DNA of 64,000 nt from Felis catus (lineage: Eukaryota): positions 236,222,001 to 236,286,000 of the forward strand of contig NC_058368.1 in NCBI RefSeq assembly GCF_018350175.1, written 5' to 3'. The position numbers and the translations under genes were made by a program. Below the pieces are notes generated by a model that saw only the letters and a program-made list of their open reading frames with translations, did no database searches and was not told where the DNA came from. This document shows, in pieces, positions 1 through 12,614 of this stretch (positions within the stretch are counted from its first letter, which is position 1; each line of letters opens with the position of its first letter).

Positions 1-699
1 GATGTGTAACCCTCTTATAATGAGGCGAACTCTTGGGTGCATACCATTAACATATGGCCAATGTAGATGACACAAGCACACAAGCATGTCAGCGTACCTC
101 AGAGCGGGCTTCCCTTTATGTGGCTAGGCTTCGCTATTTGAACAGGAAAGCCCCCAAGATGAAGGGGGGGATGCCTCCAGTTTCCAAGAGCAGGAAGCTT
201 TGATCCACCCCGAGGCATGGTTTGGAGGGAGTTGTCACTGCCTTCCGTCTCCTCCAGCCAGGTTTCGCACACTCCCCCTCCTCTCCCACGTTCAGGGCAA
301 AGTTGACCCTTCTGGCCTTCCCTCGTGAGAGTCATGCACACAACCAGCCAAAGAATTACACCACCTCCCTTTGTGGATCTGGAACCTTCGCAGCGTGTGA
401 GCGCTTTCGACGCCTGGTTCCCTCCCGTTCCCACAGCAAACATCCCAGGCACTGCCATTGTCATTTTGCAGATGGGAACAGTGCATCTTGGAGATGCTGG
501 CACCCGTCCGGGGTAACGAATGTACAGTCAGAACAGGCTCAGCCTTCCTCACCTCACAGCCCAGCACGCACTGTGCGGGTTATTCCAAGGGCCTTTTCCA
601 GAATCCGCTTCGCTGTGCAGCCAAGCTAAGGTGGCCGGCAGAGTGGGAAAGGATGGCGTGTGCCATTTCTTCACGAGGACCGTGTGCCGAACAAAAAAC

Positions 700-821
700 T
701 TTTTCATTTTATTTTACTTTTATTCTTTTAACGTAAACTTTATGCCTGACATGGGGCTTGAATTCACGACCCTGAGATCAAGAGTCACGTGCTCCACCGA
801 CTGAGCCATCTGGGTATGCCC
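700..821 (-). mobile_element. Short Can-SINE (tRNA-derived head, no CT-rich region)
   Basis: Reverse complement reads GGGCATACCCAGATGGCTCAGTCGGTGGAGCACGTGACTCTTGATCTCAGGGTCGTGAATTCAAGCCCC followed by an A-rich tail; Pol III A/B-box-like motifs. Confidence 0.85.
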
Positions 822-1037
822 AGATTTAAATTCTTTTTTTTGTTTGTTTGTTTGTTTGTTTGAATATGGACACAACCACTCTTTCTGGATTAGATAGTTG
901 CCATATACAGGAGGCAAATCTAAGTGTTTCCCAATGAAGTTAACGGTTGTCGCTATCTCCCCCAAACTTCTACTGTTTTGTTTCAACCTCTGTAGACATA
1001 ATGCAAAAATTAGGCTCATCTAAGAACCAGACTTGAT

Positions 1038-1183
1038 GGGATGCCTGGGTGGCTCAGTTGGTTAAGTGTCTGATTTTGACTCCGGTCACGATCTCACGGT
1101 TCATGAGTTTGAGCCCCACATCCAGCTCTCTGCTGTCAGCATGGAGCCTGCTGGGATCCTCTGTTGCCCTCTCTCTCTGCCCC

Positions 1184-1220
<37 letters not shown>

Positions 1221-1255
1221 CTCAAAAATAAATAAACATAAAAACAAATAAAAAA
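1038..1255 (+). mobile_element. Can-SINE (SINEC)
   Basis: GGGATGCCTGGGTGGCTCAGTTGGTTAAG head, (CT)n tract, AAAATAAATAAAC tail; degenerate TSD aa(c/a)cagact. Confidence 0.95.
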
Positions 1256-1610
1256 CAGACTCAGACCACAAGGACACCTCTGTAAAGCCCGGGGCCCTGT
1301 TCCACCTAATTGCTTGATTTTAAACAGATTTCATTCTGAATTTAGGGTGGCATACTTAAATATCATGATTTTTCTGTCAATATGAAGTCGACAACGTTTT
1401 CTCACTAAAGCATAGAGCTCCCATAAATGCGTTTGTCTTTAGTAAAGATACTAGAGTGTTTGTGTGGCGATACTTTATTTGAAGACTTCTGGGTCCCATT
1501 ATGGAGAGAAAAAAACAAAATCGAAACAGACCAAATTCCTCTCTCTGGCATTTGTGAAATAACATTAGTAAAATTATTAAAAGTCGTATCCAAATTATAA
1601 AAAAGCCAAC

Positions 1611-1709
1611 CTATATATATATGTATATATATACACACATATATATGTATATATATGTATATACACACACACACATATATATATGTGTATATATATATAT
1701 ATATATATA
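1611..1709. repeat. Compound (TA)n/(CA)n/(TATG) microsatellite
   Basis: Directly visible alternating purine-pyrimidine run. Confidence 0.95.
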
Positions 1710-2528
1710 GTTGATTTAGCTTCTGGTCTGTTTTCGTATTTCTGTAATTTGGATGAATTGGAATTTTTCTCCACCAGAAAAAGGAGAATTGCACATGTTT
1801 CAGTTTAAATTCTGGATTTGAATAGGTCAATTACAGATCAAATATCTTCTTTTATATAAAAGTAAAGTTAGCTGAGAGTCCCTTAGTGTGCATTCACTTT
1901 ACTAGAACCCTTGTTAGGGGTTCTGATAATTCAAGACTCTGGAAGAACTACGACGGGAAGGTTACAATTTCTGACACTGGGATCAGGTTGACACGGATAA
2001 ATTTGGGTAGCCTCACGTGACGTGAGTTGAGAGAGTAGGTTTGAGTGGTGTGAACCATTGAAGAAGCTCCATAATCTGGAAAGAGAATATTGTACAGAGA
2101 AACCACCAAAGCTACAGAATTCCTATTTCTTGAAAAGGAAACAACCTGAGGCAATTAATGAAAACCCTTTCTTCTTCCACTGAATCTGAATAAAGTCAGC
2201 CCCCACACAAGCACCCAGCAAGTGTGGCCTTCAGTGTGGGCCACGCAAGGGCTCCTGGCCTGGGCACGTGCTCAAGTGTGCGTTCTACTTTTATGCATCG
2301 CAACCTAAAAGTCCCATCTATGACAGGAGTTAATATTGAGTCTTAGTGCAAAAGTCCCAGAAGGTTTGGCCAAGAATGCCTCGCTTTCTTCTCCCTTTTC
2401 GGTCTATTCTTCCCTTGCTTTTTTCTTGAACAACAGCAAGGCAGAAATAAAGAAGAAGCATACAGTGAAAACGGCACTAAAACCCAAGCAAAAATAAACA
2501 AGAATGGTCTTACTTAAGAAAACATCAG

Positions 2529-2672
2529 GGACGTTAAGGAGGCCGCTTGCTGGGATGAGCGCTGCGCGCTGTATGTAAGGGATGGATCACTGAATTCTAC
2601 TCCTGAAACCGGTATCGTGCTGTATGTTAACGAACTAGAATTTAAACCAAAAATGAAAAAAAGAAGAAGAAG
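2529..2672 (+). mobile_element. 5'-truncated carnivore L1 3' end
   Basis: GGATGAGC...TCACTGAATTCTACTCCTGAAACC...TATGTTAAC 3'UTR motifs, A-rich tail; near-identical TSD taagaaaacatcag (2515-2528) / taagaaagcctcag (2673-2686). Confidence 0.85.
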
Positions 2673-2829
2673 TAAGAAAGCCTCAGTGGTCTGAAGAAAG
2701 CTCTGGTTCTGAATCTAAGCCTTTGCCCGCTTTGACCCCAACCCCCTGCCCCGTCCGATGCCATCACTTTGGCGCCCTGGGCATGGCTCACTAGCTCGTC
2801 TGCTCCCTGGCCTCCTGGTCCGAATGTCT

Positions 2830-3135
2830 ACTCCCCGCCCTGTCTGGCCCGAGAACAACACACTGTCAAAGTCTGGCTCCAGTAGCTGCTCTCATGGTCT
2901 CCTTCCCCTGATGTTACAAGCACTCTCCTTCTCTCCCGACTCCCCCGGCGCAGACGTACCCCTAAGGCGGCATTTATGGCTTCTCCCTTGCCCAATGGCC
3001 AAGCTTCTTCTGCTACTTAGTGACTATGAATCCCTTGAGCACCAGGGTCTCTTGAGTCTTTAATTCTTGTTTTGCACACAGTGCTTAGTTCCCAGCTTGA
3101 TGTACGTAGTTGTTCAATGCATGGAGAAGGAAGGA
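2830..3135 (+). mobile_element. L2 3'-end fragment
   Basis: Degenerate gactatgaatcccttgagcaccaggg...cacagtgctt...gttcaatgcatgg resembles the L2 3' terminus. Confidence 0.5.
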
Positions 3136-4256
3136 ACAAGGATGCTTCTACGACAGAGTTCCCCATGATATTTTCAATTCTCCATTAAAAGTGCCAACAT
3201 TACATCTAAAGGAACTGATCTGGGAAGGTCCCTTGACAAAAACAATACTAAAAATGCATGGAAGAGGAAATTATTGTCTACTTTGGATGATTCGTTGAAT
3301 CTTGTCAGAAGACAGACTAGTAGAAGAACAATGGATGATTTTATATTACAAAAGTGTTCTCTATTTTTGTTGTTGGTAGGGATAAAAAAAAATTGGCAAG
3401 GCTACAATCATTGCTTGATTTGGCACTGAAGGCTTTTTCCTTGTGTCAAAATAAAACATTATTGTTCAGGATGTTTTCTTATCTTGATGTTCTGGAGATT
3501 GACTTTGAGTTTTGTGAGTGGAGTTATATTACCATTTTATTTCTTAACGTACTTGAGTTACCTGATTTACCACCACAGGAACAATAAGGAGATTTTCATT
3601 CCTGGACGAATGATTACATTGGCAAATGTATCTAACAAATAATAAAAGAATGGGCAGAGGCGTCTTAATTATGTTTCAAAGGGTCTGTTTTGTGGAGAGG
3701 GCGGCTGACCAGCATAAAGCGACCACAAGCTATGAGAATATTTTACAAATAAGCCACGAGGGGACGTTGTTCTGAATGTCTATGTCCAGCAAGGAGCCTG
3801 GAAGCCTGGATCCTTCGGTTTTCAACCTGGCTCTCAGAAGGGAAGACTTCCCAGGTCTAACCAACCTGCCTCCTCTTCGCCAAGGTGGTATAACCCCCGC
3901 CGATGCCAGTGTTGTCACTGTCACACCAGTGTTGTCACTCTGAGGGAACTTCCGCGCTGATATTCACCACCGTCTCCTGGAACTGAAATATCACGGACGT
4001 GGCTAGCGATGCGTCCCGCAGGTAAGATGTCACGCTCATGTCTTCCTTTCCAGAGGTCTGCACTTTGAAACAAACATACTTCTAAAGGGTCCACGGGCCA
4101 CGAGGAAATTTCAAGAAAGTGAATACAAAAACACAGCACATGAGAATTTGGGAGAAGCAGAACAGTGCTGAGGTAGGGTGGGGGCGGAATATAATGGTGA
4201 CTGATTGTTCTCTGGAAACACGAAGGTCTTTCCTGAGCCTCTCTCCATCAGTGGAA

Positions 4257-4650
4257 TACCATGGCGCTTGAATTGTGTCCTCCAGAAAGACCTGTGCGAG
4301 CCCGACCCCCATGACCTGTGTATGTGACCTTAATTGGAAATCGGGTCTTTATAGACTTAATCTAGTTAAGATGAGTCATCGTCCCATGAATGGGTCCTGC
4401 CAGGAGAGGGAAATGTGGGCACAGACACAGAGAATGAGGCTAAGTGATGACGGAGGCAGATCTGCTGCCACAAAGAAGGTCCCCAGAGAGAACCACCGGC
4501 CACCAAAAGCCGGAAGAGGCATGAAGGAGCCTCCTTTGGAGTCTTCGAGGGGCACGTGGTCCTGCTGACACCTTGGTTTCTGACTTTTGTCCTCTGGGTG
4601 TGTGAAGGAAGACATTTCTGCCGCTGTAAGGCTCGGAGCTCCTTGGGCAT
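4257..4650 (+). mobile_element. MaLR solo LTR (MLT1B/C/D-like)
   Basis: GAATTGTGTCC...ATGTGACCTTAATTGGAAAT.GGGTCTTT...AGTTAAGATGAG...CCTGCTGACACCTTGGTTTCTGACTT, characteristic MLT1 blocks. Confidence 0.85.
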
Positions 4651-6029
4651 GTGGGCACCACTTTTGAAGGATTATCGGGACGTCTCTAGCCCCTACTTGC
4701 CTAACCTGTCCAAAGAATCAAATTCGGTCACAGAACGAGAGCTTCTCCACGTCCAGAACGCCACGACTCCGCGTTCTCCAGACACGCGCCACCCCGCCTT
4801 GTGGATCTACCCAGTGGGCGGGCCCATCAGCTGCATCCTGCATTGTTGTGGCCGGGATTGACTGAAGACTTCCGTCTACACAGGAGCACCAGTCCTGGGA
4901 TGTGACCGTGACGAACACAAGGAGACCTGTCATCTTCAACTTCCATCTCAGGCTTTCTCTCTGCTCCTGGGACTTCTTCACATTGGCGGTGGGCATCCTC
5001 CCTGGCCTGGGCGGCCTGCCTTCCCCCATGATGCACAGGGTCACCCCGTCCCCGCTTGAGGTTACACAGGAGCGAGGCCTGACTTGGGAGCCCTCCTACC
5101 TCTGTCTACACAGTAGAACGGCGAGCAGGGTCAACCTCTTGCTGTGTGGTTGAGCCCTCACACCCGGGAGCATGTCCAATCATCGCTCTTCAGTGACTGT
5201 TCCTACAGGGTCAGGCTGTAACCCCAGACCGGGTTGGAAATGTTCTGGTACGCTCTGTCCCCGAACCACGTGTTCTCGACAACACTCTCTTAGGGTTATC
5301 TGCAATTTCATAAGAAGAAAGCCTTTGACCGTGGCGCATAACATCACCATAAGATACTCGGGGGTGGGTTTGAAAGCGGGAGCTACTTTGCCCATCACTC
5401 AATTCACACTGACCTCTGACCCTCACACAAACACACTACTGTGGGGTGTCTGCCCCAGAACTGGCCCGGACTGGGTTAGTTTAGAAGCAGCACCGGGAGA
5501 GCTATCTCACAAGGAACTGTGCCTCCTGGCAGGTGTCCAGGAATTCGGAAAACTAGGCCCCTTTCCTCTCCTGCATTCTTACATAGGCCTCATTGCAGGG
5601 GAGGCTGAGAAAATCTATCAGCATGTGCTTGTCAATAGGGTGCTTTCATTAACTCAAACCCGTCTGCATCAAAGGCTTTCCTTAAGGTGGTCTGCACTAT
5701 TTTCCCCCAAGAGGCAACTTTCTCAAGCGGGGAAGACGGCACAGGGCAGAGTACCTACCAAACAGCCCTGAAATAAACCAGTTGACCCTCGGAGAGCCAC
5801 GTTTCCAAGCCGGACTTGGCGCATACACATTTATGAGAATTTTCATTATGTTCAAATCAAATTCACGGGACACAGTGTTACTCCACGGGACTGAAACCTG
5901 TCTTTGGAAACACACTGGGATTCCTGAGGTACGCATTTAACGAACCAGCAAGCCCTTGTTTCACAAACTTCCCGGGATCTTTCCTTTTTGTTCTCTCTCG
6001 TAGAGGGGAGCTCGACCGATTGCGACCAC

Positions 6030-6700
6030 CTTTTACATTGATTTACTCTACTGAGAGATGGAACGTTTATAGATAAAGCACTTTTTCACTTTTTATGAAA
6101 ATGATGAGTTATCAACATTTTGCTTGAAGGCACGAGATACGGCCCCATCTACATTCAAATCCATTAAATATGCCAGAGACCCAGCTGTCAATACCATTGT
6201 GGAGTAAATTTAATTTCCAGAGTCAATATAGAGCCAGCTGCATTAAGCATAAGATAATTCTGGCACATTATTAATTGGAATGGCCATGTAAGGCATTGTC
6301 TAGACAAGATATAAGCCCAAGTTTTCATAGGCAATCTGTACATAAAATGAAGTATGCCAAGGCTGTAAAGAATACTAATAACACTGATCTGGCTTATTAA
6401 CCAATATTGATTGCTTTTACTCTGACACGGTCCAGAAGCCTCAGAGGTGAAATGCTGAGATGGTCCGCACTAGGGCTCTCATTCCGACAAAACAGTAAAT
6501 ATTCCAGAGCAGTTGCAAGGTGCAAGGCATGAGGGGTTTCTTTTTTAAGATAGCAGCTCAATTTGCAATTCTCAAAATAAATTGATAGCATGATTATGGA
6601 TTTCTGTATGCTGGGAAATATTACCATTATTAATCCCTGCGGTGGCCGGCAACATTTCCTGCTCGTGACGCTTTTGATTAGTTATTGTACATCCAAGTGC
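6030..6700. promoter_or_regulatory. Candidate conserved non-coding element / enhancer
   Basis: Repeat-free AT-rich block with TGATTTAC (6039), CTGTCA (6185), TTAATTGG (6271), CATTGTC (6294), TAATCC (6631); conservation not testable here. Confidence 0.4.
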
Positions 6701-7185
6701 CTCCCAGAGACCATCGCTTCCTGTCTAGGTCCTATCCTGCCCAGCTTCATGCAATATGAATCATTGATATCGATTGCCGTCCTCCAAACTGAGCGTGGTT
6801 TACTACCTGAAGGTCACCGACAGCCCGCTGACCCATCCAAAGCCGGTTTAGAAGGTCTGTCACTGGTAGTCCCCAAGAAAGCAGTGTCAAGACAGCCGCT
6901 CTCCTGTCTGAGTTCCTGGAGCCAGAGGATGGCCCCCTCCTGCTGGATGGACAGCAAGCACCGCCCAATGTTAAGACCGGCAGAACCAATACAGCCCAGC
7001 TCGGCAGTTGCACTGTGCACCTGCTCGGCTAATAGGCCACAGCAGGACAGCACGCGTCCCAGAGATGGACAGCCGTGTGTTAAAGTCCTGACTCGACCAC
7101 TTACTAGGCATGTTGCTGTCGATGGGTCATTGTACGCTGTGGGACTCCGTTCCCTCTAGTTCAACTGAAGATGGGTTGCTGATCT

Positions 7186-7439
7186 GGGATGCCTGGGTGG
7201 CTCAGTCGGTGAAACATCCGACTTTGGCTCAGGTCATGATCTTGCGGTTTGTGAGTTTGAGCCCAGCATTGGGCTCTGTGCTGACAGCTTGGAGGCTGGA
7301 GCCTGCTTTTGGATTCTGTTTCTCCCTCTCTCTCTCCCCTCCCCTGCTCACGTTCGTTCCCTCTCTCTCTCCCAATCTCTCTCTCTGTCTCTCTCTCACA
7401 CACACACAAATAAATAAACATTAAAAAATTAAAAAAAAA
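7186..7439 (+). mobile_element. Can-SINE (SINEC)
   Basis: GGGATGCCTGGGTGGCTCAGTCGG head, CT tract, A tail; degenerate TSD ending ctgatct on both sides. Confidence 0.95.
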
Positions 7440-9531
7440 GAAGAGTCACTGATCTATATTAGCTAGGTCCCGACAGAAAACAAGACCACTCTAAGTATTT
7501 CAAGTGGGGATATTCAAGCAGGAATTTGTTCCACAAGTGGGGAAGGAGGCAAGGAACCACACAGGTGCTGATGGTGAGGCAGCCCAGAGATCAGCCATGG
7601 AGGCAAGCTCTGTTGTCCCTTGATTGGGAGAGTGTGAGGGGTTGTGTCAGAAAACCCAAAATTGAGGATGGAGCTCTGGCCATGGTGGAGGCTTCCCAGA
7701 AGCATCGTGATTGGGGGAAACAAAGACTGCCAGAAAAAACCTTTCTGAAGCACAGAGGCTGGAGTGAAGGAGACTGGTTCTACCTCTCCTCCAGCATTCA
7801 GCCGGAGACCAGAAACCAGAGGGATACAGGGTGGATGGCCAGGGCTGAGCGTGGCCGGGAGCTGAGCCGTTGCCCTGCGCGGGGCTGGAAGAGACAGCAC
7901 CGAGAGAATGTCTGGTTCCCACGGAGTCGCCGGTTTCCTTCCAGAGAATTAGCAATGCACAGACCCTCTAACTTTCTCCACCTTTCGCCAAAATAATTGG
8001 CAGAGGCACACTGTAGACGAGGAAAGTTTAGGAATGACCTTGACAATCCCTGGCAGGGGTCAAGTCTATCATACCAGGTGGGTGGATGCCATAGGCGTCT
8101 TGGAGGCCATGGAGAATAAACACAATGACAGAAATGGTGTTGTGTAAAGATTCATTTTGTAGCTTTTGGTAATTGGATCAGCACACCGCTGCACTGGGAC
8201 AAGAGAGACTCGGGGAGATGAAGCCATACGAGTTGTTTTAATAGGAGAATCCCATGCCAAAGCAATGAAAACAACCTTGGCTGGAGAACATCTTTGTCCC
8301 CCTATGATTAGAGCTCTATCGGTTTCTATTTTCATACCCATCAGCAGTGGGTTATTCTGCAGGTGAACTTGCACTAGCCAGGAGAAGATCTGGATTCTGG
8401 ACAATGACTTGCCATTTGCTAGAAGCCTACATTTGGGTAAGTCCAGCTACTCCTAGGACTCCGGTTCCTCATTTGGAATGCTTGCTCTTGCTACGAGAAG
8501 CAAATTAACAAGGTAAAACACAAATACACAGTCTTCTATGAATAGGAAGTAACAACCCTTTCAGGAAAATCCAAAGCTTTTGAGGATGAATTATTTGAGC
8601 AGATTTCTATCAAGGATTTAAGGTGACACCAGGGACCATTCTAGGTATTTGGGAATGCAGGGAAGGAAGACCTACCATGCAATTTCTAGTCTGGTGGGAG
8701 CATTTGGGCAAATAATTACTTTACAGTGCAGCAAGTGCTACTCTTATTAATAATACGGAGGGAATCGTCTTTGTCACAAGATGCTCTGCATATGCGACAG
8801 ATAAATCAGTGTTCCCAGGACAAGGCTATAAACGCTTCTCGTGTTGAGTCTGTGTTTGCCGTAGAGGGTGAAGGATCTATCTGTGTCTCTCTCCATCTTC
8901 AATAGAACTTGGATAAATAGGCATCTGCATCAAAAAACTACTGCAAATTGTTTTTCGTCAGCTCTCTCTAGTCCGTCGTGGTAGAATACCATTTCTGTGG
9001 TTCATTTCTTAAAGTGGAAATTTTTTACACAATTTTATTTGGTCTTCTTAATTTACAAATACTGTGCTTTAAAAATCTATTCATGTACTCTGCCCCTCTT
9101 CCAATAAGAATCCAGAGCCTTGTGTAATTTATATAGTGGGATAAATAAACACAGGGCAGATTTTTAGTAAAGCAAAACAAAACAAAAACACCCACAAAAC
9201 ACCAGAGTTGTAAAACAAAGGCAGAAGCAACCTTAAACAGCACATTAGCAAGGATTCCTGGTTGCACGGCGGCCAAAACATGAATCTCGTAGCAATGTAA
9301 ATACAAGAGTTCCCCACACTCTATGTCCACCAGCTAAATCAACACCGTTCCTCAGGAATATCGCTCCTCCTGGGATGAAGCTGGAGACAAATCTCCACAC
9401 AAGGGGTGCGCCAGCTGCCCCCATCGTGTCGACGAAGAATTTAACGAGTTCCATAAGCCAGTGCTCCGATGTGCATCAGGGCAGCCCAACGCTCGGCACC
9501 AATGTGTATCCAATAAGAGACATTCTTAAGG

Positions 9532-9716
9532 CAGGGGTCTGCAAAGGACAGCCAGGGGGCTGTTTGTTGTTTGTCCCTGGAACTAAGAATGGTTTTCACA
9601 TTTTTAAATTGTTTAAAAAAATAGAAAACAGAAACAACAAATGAAGGATGTGGGCCTGCAAGCCTAAGATATATATATTATCTAGTTTTGATGGAAAAAA
9701 AGTCTTCAGACCCCTA
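9532..9716. mobile_element. hAT-Charlie non-autonomous element (MER58-like)
   Basis: Ends CAGGGGTCTGCAAA ... TCTTCAGACCCCTA form imperfect TIRs; internal CTAAGAATGGTTTTCACATTTTTAAAT and AAGCCTAAGATAT resemble MER58B. Confidence 0.7.
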
Positions 9717-9924
9717 CTCCAAGCGGTGCAAACAATGAAGTCGAAGCTCAGAGCTATTGGATGTCCAAAGTTAATTGAGCTATTGATGCTTTTGAACAAA
9801 TGATTTTCTGAGTCCCTATAAAGGGCCAGACATTTCTCTAAGTTCTGGGGTGGGGGGAAGTAAAACAGGAAAGAAAACCTACCTTCCAGAAGGAGAGAGA
9901 GTGGGGTGATAAATTAGTGAGCAC

Positions 9925-11200
9925 ACCAGTTAGCTCTTGCGGTACAATGAGCCTAAAGTTCAGTGCTACAAAAATAAATAAATAGTACAGTAAAACCTTG
10001 GTTTGAGAGCATAATTTGTTCCGGAAACATGCTTGTAATCCAAAGCACTTGTATCTCAAAACAAATATCCTTGTAAGAAATAGTGGAAACTCCAATGATT
10101 CGTTCCACAATCCAAAAATACTCATATAAAAGTCATTACAGTACTGTAACATAATACAAAATAATAAAGACAATACGAAATATAAAGAAAAATAAACAAA
10201 TTAACCTGCACTTCCCTTTGAAAACCTTCGCGGCTGGTGTGAGGGAGACAAAAGAGAGGAGGGTTATTATACACGACGACTTTCACTATCACGAACAGAC
10301 GTTGACTACAGTACAGCATTAATAAACTCTTGTTATACACTGCATGTAATGGAACTGGCAATAAGGCAGCAGAGGAAAGGGACTATATCCGCAGGCAACC
10401 TGACCTACAATGAAGCAAAGCATTCCTAGGCTCACTCTTGTCTGGAAAAGCAAAGGACTGTCCTTAGGTGCTTGGAAGTGACAAAAAATACACTAGTGCC
10501 AGTTGTGGGCACCTTCCAATTTTGTGAAAACTCACTGATTTCTGCCAAACATGGGAGCCTGAGACAGAGCATCCAAGCGTGGGAGATGATTACTCCCAAT
10601 TCCATAGTGAAAGAGAGAAACAGAGAGAGAGAGACAGAGAGAGAGAGCAAGTAGGGCGGGGGGGGGGGGCAACCATTGGCTCAGTTGTGATCATGTGACA
10701 TTCGGTGTCACGTACGACTCATATTGCAAGACATCGCTCGTCTATCAAGCTGAAATGTATCAGAAATGTTTGCTTGTCTTGCGGAACACTCGCAGAACAA
10801 GTTACTTGTAATCCAGGGTTGTACTGTATTTATGATTTCTTGTCGGTCCATGACTGTGCAAGGGATCGGAGGTTTCTGCTGGCCCACCTGGGCTCCTGCC
10901 CCTGTGATAAGCTTAGGCTGGTTGGACTGGGCTAGCTATGAACACATATCCAGCAGAGTGTCGTGGATCCCAGCCGGGGTTGGCAGGGACGGGCGTGCTC
11001 CATGTTGAGTGTCTCTCTTCCCCCTCATGGAATTAGCAGGCAGATACTGGTGCCCCCATTCCACCATGAGGGCAGAGTCTCAAGGGAACAAATGGAATGC
11101 TTGGAGCCTCTCCAGGCCTGCGCTGGGAACACGCACACCTTCACTCCTGCTTCCTTCTATCGGCCAAACCAACTCAGGCCAAGAAACTGGATCCGTGGTC
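9925..11200 (-). mobile_element. Old MaLR LTR (MLT1H/I/J-like), split by a DNA transposon
   Basis: CAGTTAGCTCTTGC...AAAGTTCAGTGCTACAAAA before 9986 continues as TTTATGATTTCT after 10828 and later TTCACTCCTGCTTCCTTCTATCGGCCAAA. Confidence 0.6.
9988..10826. mobile_element. Non-autonomous TcMar/Tigger-like DNA transposon, 839 bp
   Basis: Left end CAGTAAAACCTTGGTTTG, right end (reverse complement) CAGTACAACCCTGGATTA; TA target duplication at 9986-9987 and 10827-10828. Confidence 0.85.
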
Positions 11201-12614
11201 CGAAGACAGCACAGAGTAGCCTGACGAAGGGCCGGACTTAGGGAGGAGGGAGAGCCAGGACAGAGCACAATCCTCAGCTATAGTGGGTAGCAAAGGGCGT
11301 CCGCAGTGGATACATATCGTGGGAGACACGATGGAGCCTGAAGGGACGCGAGTGTGTGGTTTGCAGGGCAATTGCAGGGCAATCCATTAGGATTCAAAGC
11401 TGGAGAGGAGACCATCTAGGTCAGCATTCCTGAACCTCGGCCAGCACCAGGCTCATGCTGCACAGACTGCCTGAGGGTTGCCCTTTGAGAAGAGCTGGTC
11501 TGATGGAGTCTGCTTCTGTTAAATTGAGATGCGGCATGAAATTTGGTGAGGTCTACTTCAGAAAATAGCAGTGAATAAGGCTCCTTTCAGAGCACGCTCT
11601 GGTTTGTGTCAAAGGAGAGCGTTCGCCTACAGTAAGTGGGGGGTTTAAATGTTTTGGTGATAATAACTCCTGTATCAGTCCTCGGTGCTGCAGACAAATT
11701 CTCCTTGGAGGTTCGTATTGCTGAATAAAAACTGTGATGGGGTCATAGAGGAAGATCAGAATGGCCAGTTCTGCATATGTAAAATCCTAGGAGGCTTCTC
11801 GATAAACGCGAAGTCAACGACATGAGAAAACTAACTTGTCAATATTTCTAATTAGGGCTGACCCTGGAGCTTGGAGAGAGCAGCGAACGAAGTGTCTCAC
11901 ACGGAGAACATGCAAAGACACTGAAGGCAGCTTGGCTGGCGGAGGGAAGAGGGGAATGTTAACCGTGAACGTGAAACGACGTTCTCCACGGGTTTCTGTG
12001 TGATGGCTTAGGCCAGCTGTGTTGGCAGAAAACCCTTGAAACTCCTTCCTGGACACTTGGTTCTAACTTAAGCTGCTCGCCACCTGCAGAAACTAAGCCA
12101 GTTTCCTTAGAAGGAAATCCTCACCGTCTTTTGTCTGAAATATGTTCTCCCTGGAATGTCATGACATATTTAGTCCTCTGCAATCATTTCCTGAATAAAG
12201 ATGACTCAAGCTGACTTTCGTCTTTCTGCACACACCATGTTATATTATCCATTTATAGGAAGTGAAAATAGGAATCTGTTCTGTTTCTTTCTCTTCCCTC
12301 TTTGTTGAAGTCTTAACATATGCATAGCCAATTGACCCCTGTTATAGCGTTTTCCCCCTCTTTTAATGTTTTCTTTCCTTGGTTTTTACAAAAGACTATA
12401 AAAGGGGTCTTTGCGATAATGACTTTAAATCATTCATGCATTTTTTATCCCGTCTTCACACAGCCTGACATCTTGTTCATTCTTTCTGACTGGTGCTCTG
12501 CATAGAGCAGATGTTTTCACTGAGCTATGATGATTTTTAGATCTTACTCTCAGGAGGCTACAACCAATTCAGAGCCCTTCAGCAGAGAAGAGGCATTTAA
12601 CTTATTCTCTCCAG

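Noticed and set aside
5172..7159. 199-aa (5172-5771) and 189-aa (6590-7159) ORFs
   Set aside because: No recognisable protein similarity, exon structure or pseudogene hallmarks (poly(A), TSD)
7455..7750. Possible old ERVL/MaLR LTR fragment
   Set aside because: Resemblance is limited to a short terminal motif; too degenerate to call by eye
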